NCBI RefSeq assembly: GCF_016433145.1
Contig: NC_058131.1
Span: 289,046,962 to 289,110,899, forward strand
Direction: 5' to 3'
DNA: 63,938 nucleotides
DNA from: Gracilinanus agilis
Lineage: Eukaryota
Numbering within the stretch: the stretch's first letter is position 1; every line of letters begins with the position of its first letter. Positions 58,165 through 63,938 of the stretch are shown piece after piece. The notes below the pieces were generated by a model. It ran no database searches. It saw only the letters and a list, made by a program, of their open reading frames with translations, and was not told where the DNA came from. The position numbers and the translations under genes are program-made.

Positions 58165-58674
58165 CTTCTTGGCTAGAGCAGTTGCTCTACCACTCTTGGC
58201 TTTTTGAGGGAACTATCCCTCAAAGTTGACAGGAAAGGGAGAATGGATGGAGTCGTGGCAGTGGACTTAACCTGGGGAGAAGCCCATGGCTGCTCCTTGA
58301 TTGAGATATGGTAGACATCTCTGATTCCCATCTCTGCCACCTACAGGTAAGGCTGACCACAGCTACACTAGGCTGGTCAAGGGCATAGCAAAATGGTGAC
58401 AGAAGCTGAAAGGAAATGAGTCCACAGTCCAAGAAACCTAGGTTCAAATTTGAGGTCTGCTACTGAATACCCTGTGTAACCTGGGACAAATTATATACCA
58501 TTTTATAGAGAAGGAAATAGATCCAGAGGGGTTAGACTAAAGAATCTCTAAGATCTCATCTGAATCCTATGATCCTAGAATCTACTTCCCACCATCCTTT
58601 TTTTGGATACCTTTCAGTCTCTATTCCCACAGCTTCTCACCAAACATCCCTGTCAGGATAGAGGGAAAGGCCAT

Positions 58675-61600
58675 TTAGTCCAGAGCCTCCCTGATAAGCA
58701 GTTCTTTTAGGCTGGGGGGTGGAATGGGGGTGAGGCCAGCTTCTTGAAGGGCCTGGAGCTGGGCCTCTGACTGTCGTTTGTCAATGCCAAGCCTCCAGGA
58801 GAGACGAACATGAGCCTCAAGAAAAGGTCCCAGCAGCGGATGGGAATCACTAGCCTCCAGCAGCTGAAGAGCCTGCTCACAACTCAACCGAGCCTCACTG
58901 GGCTGCTCCAGCTCTTGGTGGCACACAGCTAGGCCTACCAATGTCAACAGCGTCCGATGGGCACCTACTGTAGTGCCCAATTGGGTTTGTAGGTGCCAGG
59001 CATTAGTCCAGAGCCCAAGGGCCTCACGGTAGAGGCCTGTGCAAGTAAGCCTTTGTGCTCGTCGCAGCTCGGGCAGAATGAAGAAGTCCTGGAGGTCGGG
59101 TGCCTGACGAAGCTCAGGCACAGCCTGCAGGTGCCCCAGGAATTGTTCAAAGGCCCTACTTCGTCGGGCAATAGTCTCAGCAGTAAAATTCCGCCGTAGG
59201 CGTTTTCGGGGAAAGGAAACTGCAGCCATGGGACCACGGAACTGCTGTCGAAGTTGTCGGTGTAGTCGTTCAAAGTCTGAGTAGCGCCGAGAAATTTGGG
59301 CTGGCACATGTTCCTGTGGCCCAGGGCCTATCAGGGCGATGGTGTAGAGCTGCAGAGGCAAAGGGGGACAAAAGGGGCATTTGGTTTGGGAACTGTCTCT
59401 TCTACCCAACCTGATCTCCGTTTACCTCCCTCCCTCTTTTATCTTCTGCTTCATCACCTCATCCCTTCTCCCACCCCAGAGATTAAAAGGACTTGGAAAG
59501 AGGGGAACCTTGGGCCCACTACCACAGGGACCTGCAGATCCCCCTTACCTGAGGCTCCTCTGAATTGCCCAGGGTCACACACAGTGCAGCGCAGAGAGAA
59601 AGAGAGAGATGAGATTCAGAGCTGGCAGCTAATGCCACTAACTCCCTAGCAAGCCTGATTTCTTAACACTGTAGAATGCTAGGTCTTTGGAGCTGGAAGG
59701 AACCCTAAATACCATCTAATCTAAGAGTTCTTAACCTGAGAGACTAGATCCTCAAGGAGTTAGTGAAAAAAAAATTTTTTTTAACTTTTACCTTCCCTCA
59801 TAGAATCAAAACTGTGTATTAATCCCAAGCAGAAGAGAGGTAAGAGCTAGGCAATGGGGGTTAAGTGGCTTGCCCAGGATCACACAGCTAGGAAGTATCT
59901 GGTGCTAGATTTGAACCCAGGACCTCCCATCTCTAGGCCTGGCTCTTGATCCACTGAGCCACCTAGTTGCCACCAATTTTTGTTTTTAAAAAACATTTCA
60001 AAAGTTGTAATTGTATGAATTTAAAAACATTCTAGAAAGGAGTCCACAGCTCTCAACACTGTCAAAGGGGTCAGTGACACAAAATTGTTAAGCATCCTTG
60101 ATCTTAAAAAAAAAAAAAATCCCTGATCTAGTCCAAGCCCTTCACTTTACAAAAGATGGAGAAACTGCAACCCAGGGAGAGGAAGTAACTTGCCTAAGGT
60201 CACACTGGTAATTAGTGTCAAAACTGGGACATCAATTCTACTCTTTTGACTCCACCACTATACTCATCGTCTTGCCTTTTCATTTTTAATAGTTTGCATA
60301 AAAAGGTAAAGAGCAAACTCAAATTCTTCTTTGGCATATGATTTGTCTTCCATCCATGTAAATTGCCCAATTGAGTAGGCAGCTGGTAGATAGAGCTCTT
60401 GGCTTGAAATCAGGAAAACCTAACTTCAAATCTGCCTCATACATTTACTAGCTGTGTGACCCTAGACAAGTCACTTTACTTCTCTTTGCTTTGGTTTCCT
60501 CCAACTGCAATAATAACACCACCTATTTCCCAGAATTATTGAGAGGATTAAATGAGAGAATATTTATAAAGTGCTTAACACAGTGCCTAGCATATAGCAG
60601 CTGCTTAATAAATGTCTATTACGTTTTTCTTCCTTCCCTCAAACCAGATAATCAGAGCAACCAGTAGCAGGCATGGCACAGCATGATTCTGGGCTTAAGA
60701 CAAATGGTCCACAGATATTTTTATGTTTTTTTAAATCAATTTCAAATATAATATACAGTGGTTAAAATCTAGGGCTTGCTATTACTAGCAGGGTGACCAT
60801 AGGCAAGGCACTTCTTTATGATATAAAGCAAAATTCCCTAAAAATAGAACTGTTCAAAAAAGAATAGGCTGCTTCAGGAAGTATTAAATTGCCTATCTCT
60901 TGAAAGTCATTCAGTGGATGACCACTTTGTGGGGATACTATAGAGAAGTTTCCCCTTTACATATAGGTTGGATTTAGATGGCCTCTGAGGGCTCCTGCAG
61001 CTCTGAGGCTTTCATTCTTTTCTTTATTTTTTTAACTTAAAACTCTTACCTTTCTTCTTAGAATAACTATGTGTATTGGTTCCAAGGCAGAAGAGGGGTA
61101 AGGGCTAGGCAATGGGGGGTTAAATGACTTACCCAGGGTCACATGGCTAGGAAGTATCTGAGGCCAGATTTGAACACAGGACCTCCAGTCTCTAGTCCTG
61201 GCTCTCAATCCACTGAGCCACCCAGCTGTCCCCATGAACCTTTCATTCTGGTGAATAGCCAGGAAGCACAGTAGATACAGCATGGGGCTTGAGTCTGAAG
61301 GACCCAAGTTCAGATTCTGCCTAAGGCATTCATTAGCTGTAAGATCTCAGGCAAGTCATTTAACTTCATTTAAGAGAATAATAACACCTACGCCCAGAAT
61401 TGTTGATAAACCTAGCTAACATAAAATAGTTTGTAAATGCTATTATTCCCACTTGATACATGAGGCAACTATAATAAAAATATAAATAGGCTTTTAAGGT
61501 TTATGAAGTGTTTACTTCACAATAGCCCTAGAAGCAGTATGTAGTTCAAATGCCAAGTTCAAGTACCTCTTTTTATAGATGGGGAACCTTAGCGATTGTG

Positions 61601-63502
61601 ACTTGGCCAAGATCACAAGGCTAGATCTAGCATTCACACCTACTTCTAATTCTCCAGTCCATTGCTGTGGCCACCCACCCACACTCCTTTCTCTATAACG
61701 AAGCTGCTTTCCTCTCCACTGCTGAGGAAACTACCATAGCCACCTTTTTATTTTTTATTCTGCCAGTTGCTCAGCTCTTCCTTGATTCAGCTACATCCCC
61801 ACTCTCCCAGACCCCTTTGGTCCTTATCTGAGCCCAGATTTCTGCTCCTTACCTACAAGGACTTGCTCACTCTTATGATCTGAACTGGAAAGAGCCTGGT
61901 GCTGCTGGAAAGTCTCCAGGTGGGAGTTCTTTAGTTTACCAACAGCAGAAGAGAAGGGAGAGGACATAGAAATGTGGGAGGAGGTCCCCAAGGCCTCGCT
62001 CCTGCCAGAGGGGTGTGTGTGTGTTTACAGTCAGGCAAGCTTGGCTGGAGTGGGACTTTGTGGGACAAGCAAGTTCCAGGACTAGTGATAAGCAGGTTAG
62101 AAGACTAGCCTCGTTCACGAGCCAGTTTCCCAGTTCTAAGTCTAGTATCGATGTCACTCATATCTTCTCTATTTCCACCCCTCCTCCTTCCTAAAGAGCA
62201 GCTTCTAGTGGCTCCTGGGGGCTAGTCCTTCCTGCTGTTGCTCTCACCCTTCTTTTAGTTACTTTAATTAAATGATAAAGCATTTGTTAAACTGTTTACT
62301 GGATGTCCCGGATACAGATCATTTCTCCTTACTTTCTCAGCCTGAATCTCCTTCCTTCCTCTACGTTACTCCTCTCCGGGTCATGTCCCCACCAGGTCAT
62401 TGAGGAGGGTTCCTTGGCCGGGTGTGAAGAGGTTCTGGCCTTCCAGTCTCTTGCATATCACATCTCAATTGGAGGTGGGGGAGGAGGAAGACTAGTCTCA
62501 GCTTTTCAGACTCCTTTAGGCCTAGCCAATCTCACTCACCAGGGCTTTGAGGACCCAGACTAGAGAAAGCAGGACCCAGCCAGTGGCAGGTGGGCCTCAC
62601 TCACCACGTACTTGGAGGGTGGCTCATTGATGACGTTGGCACTGGTCACTTCAAAGAGCAGCCGCTGAGGTACCAGGTTACTTCTTGACTTTTTCCAGAA
62701 GTCCTGCAGTTGTCGAGTCAAGAGGTTACTGCCTCGGGGCCCATCTGAGGGGGGATTCCGATCTGTTTAGGGACAGGGTCCAGTCATAGCTTTTATCTGT
62801 CTAGCAGTGTGTCCTTAGTCAAAGCACTTTACCCCTCCTGAGCCTCTTTCCTTCTCAGTAAAATGAGGTAGTTAACCTGAATAATCTCCAAGTTCCCTTC
62901 TAGCTCTAAATCCTGCAACCTACTTACTGATGGGGTTGGGAACCCAGGGCAGAGTTCTGAAAGGGAAATACAGATTAACCAGTCTTTAAGATCCCTACCG
63001 CCTCTAAGTCAATCCTCTCACTGTGAAAAGGGATGTGCTAAGGGTGGGCCCAGTGTGGCACTGGACTAAATGCAGAACTAGTTCTTTAAAAATGTAAAAT
63101 TAGTATTTGAAGCCCTTGGTAACTTAACTGAACGGTTTTAAATGCCCACCGAGCCCAGAGATAAGATCCAAGTTGAAGCTCAAGAGGACCCTCCCACCTC
63201 TTTTCCCAGGGCTTGCCTCCATCCTCCCCCGGGCTGTCTTCTCCAGGACTCTTAAGCCTTCGGCCCAGGGCAGCCCCTGATCCCAGGGGATCCCCGTTTT
63301 CCTCCTCTTCCTCTTCCTCCTCATCATCTTCAGTGCTGGTGAAGCTCAGGGTGCCACTGAGGCGTGTGGATAAGCCTTCGGTATCATCCTCCTCGAGCTC
63401 GGAGCTCTCCGGGAATTCCTCGGCCTCTGCGCTTGGGGTCGGCTCTCCCGAGCCCTCTCCGGTTAGGGCGTGCCGGAGGCGGTGCAGAAGGCGAGAGGCC
63501 AT
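58675..63502 (-). CDS. SNX21: Sorting nexin 21 (PX domain + TPR-like C-terminus), 372 aa from the ATG at 63502; upstream exon not identified
   Basis: Exons (minus) 63502-63217 (acceptor at 63509, exon starts 63508), 62762-62605, 59349-58675; total 1119 nt. MASRLLHRLRHAL...LSGTLSFTS, QLQDFWKKSR...LLFEVTSANV, PX motif ISRRYSDFERLH...FPRKRLRRNF...RRSRAFEQFL. Intron 2 best fits a GC donor. Confidence 0.94.
59768..59972 (-). mobile_element. Marsupial CORE SINE in SNX21 intron 3
   Basis: Consensus-like head, CORE and tail on the minus strand. Confidence 0.78.
61015..61233 (-). mobile_element. Marsupial CORE SINE in SNX21 intron 3
   Basis: Consensus-like head, CORE and tail on the minus strand. 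Confidence 0.78.
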
Positions 63503-63938
63503 GGTGCCCTGGAGAAAAAACAAACCGAGGCGTTCAGTTGGGGTGGAGGGCGGGGTGGGGGGCCAGGGAGCGTGGGGAGGTTAGGTGATAGGATGCCGGG
63601 GAAGGAGACCTTAGCCTGAAGGTAGAAAATTGCCGGGAATGAAGGGCAACCGCCTGAGAACGCAGGGAGGGAGGCACTAGGGAAGGGAAGAAAGTCCGGG
63701 TCTGTCAGAACTCGGGGTGGAGGGATAAAGAACTTGGAGGGGGGCGGGGAGAGTGACTCCAGCTGAGGGCTGGGGTAGGGTGGGGAGGAGTGAGGAAAAA
63801 TAGGGGGACCTCAACCTCACCCCAGGGATCTCTTCCTGGGGGGGGGGAGCGAAGAGTCACCGAGCGGGGGCGGGAGGGGGGTTTAGGGAAGGGGTAGGAG
63901 GGGTGGGTGCGGCTATTCTGTTTGGAAGCTGGGGAGAG

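Noticed and set aside
63213-63584. Ser-rich plus-strand ORF
   Set aside because: Antisense of the acidic GAG/GAT tract in SNX21 exon 2.

Overview
Eukaryotic genomic DNA, most likely from a didelphid marsupial (opossum-like), judged from abundant SINE-1_MD-type CORE SINEs, MIR, L2 and marsupial L1. The window holds a gene cluster in the order known from human 20q13.12: PLTP(+, exons 4-16 only), CTSA(-), NEURL2(+), SPATA25(+), ZSWIM1(-), ZSWIM3(-), ACOT8(+), SNX21(-, first exon not found). I traced all coding exons by hand through splice sites and the reading frames close correctly. The genes form two head-to-head CpG-island promoters and three tail-to-tail pairs with closely spaced poly(A) signals. 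Best leads: (1) ZSWIM1/ZSWIM3 look like a tandem pair of domesticated, catalytically decayed Mutator-like (MULE) transposases; (2) ZSWIM1 has two candidate first exons, one creating a spliced out-of-frame uORF overlapping its CDS; (3) two introns appear to use GC-AG sites (CTSA intron 10, SNX21 intron 2); (4) a triple CLEAR/E-box cluster with a 16-bp palindrome lies in the CTSA/NEURL2 promoter; (5) an intact 191-bp hAT MITE has perfect TIRs and TSD; (6) a 215-bp near-identical local duplication and an unidentified coding-like island lie between ZSWIM3 and ZSWIM1. Human protein comparisons are from memory and need checking by alignment. No CRISPR arrays, rRNA or genuine tRNA genes were seen.
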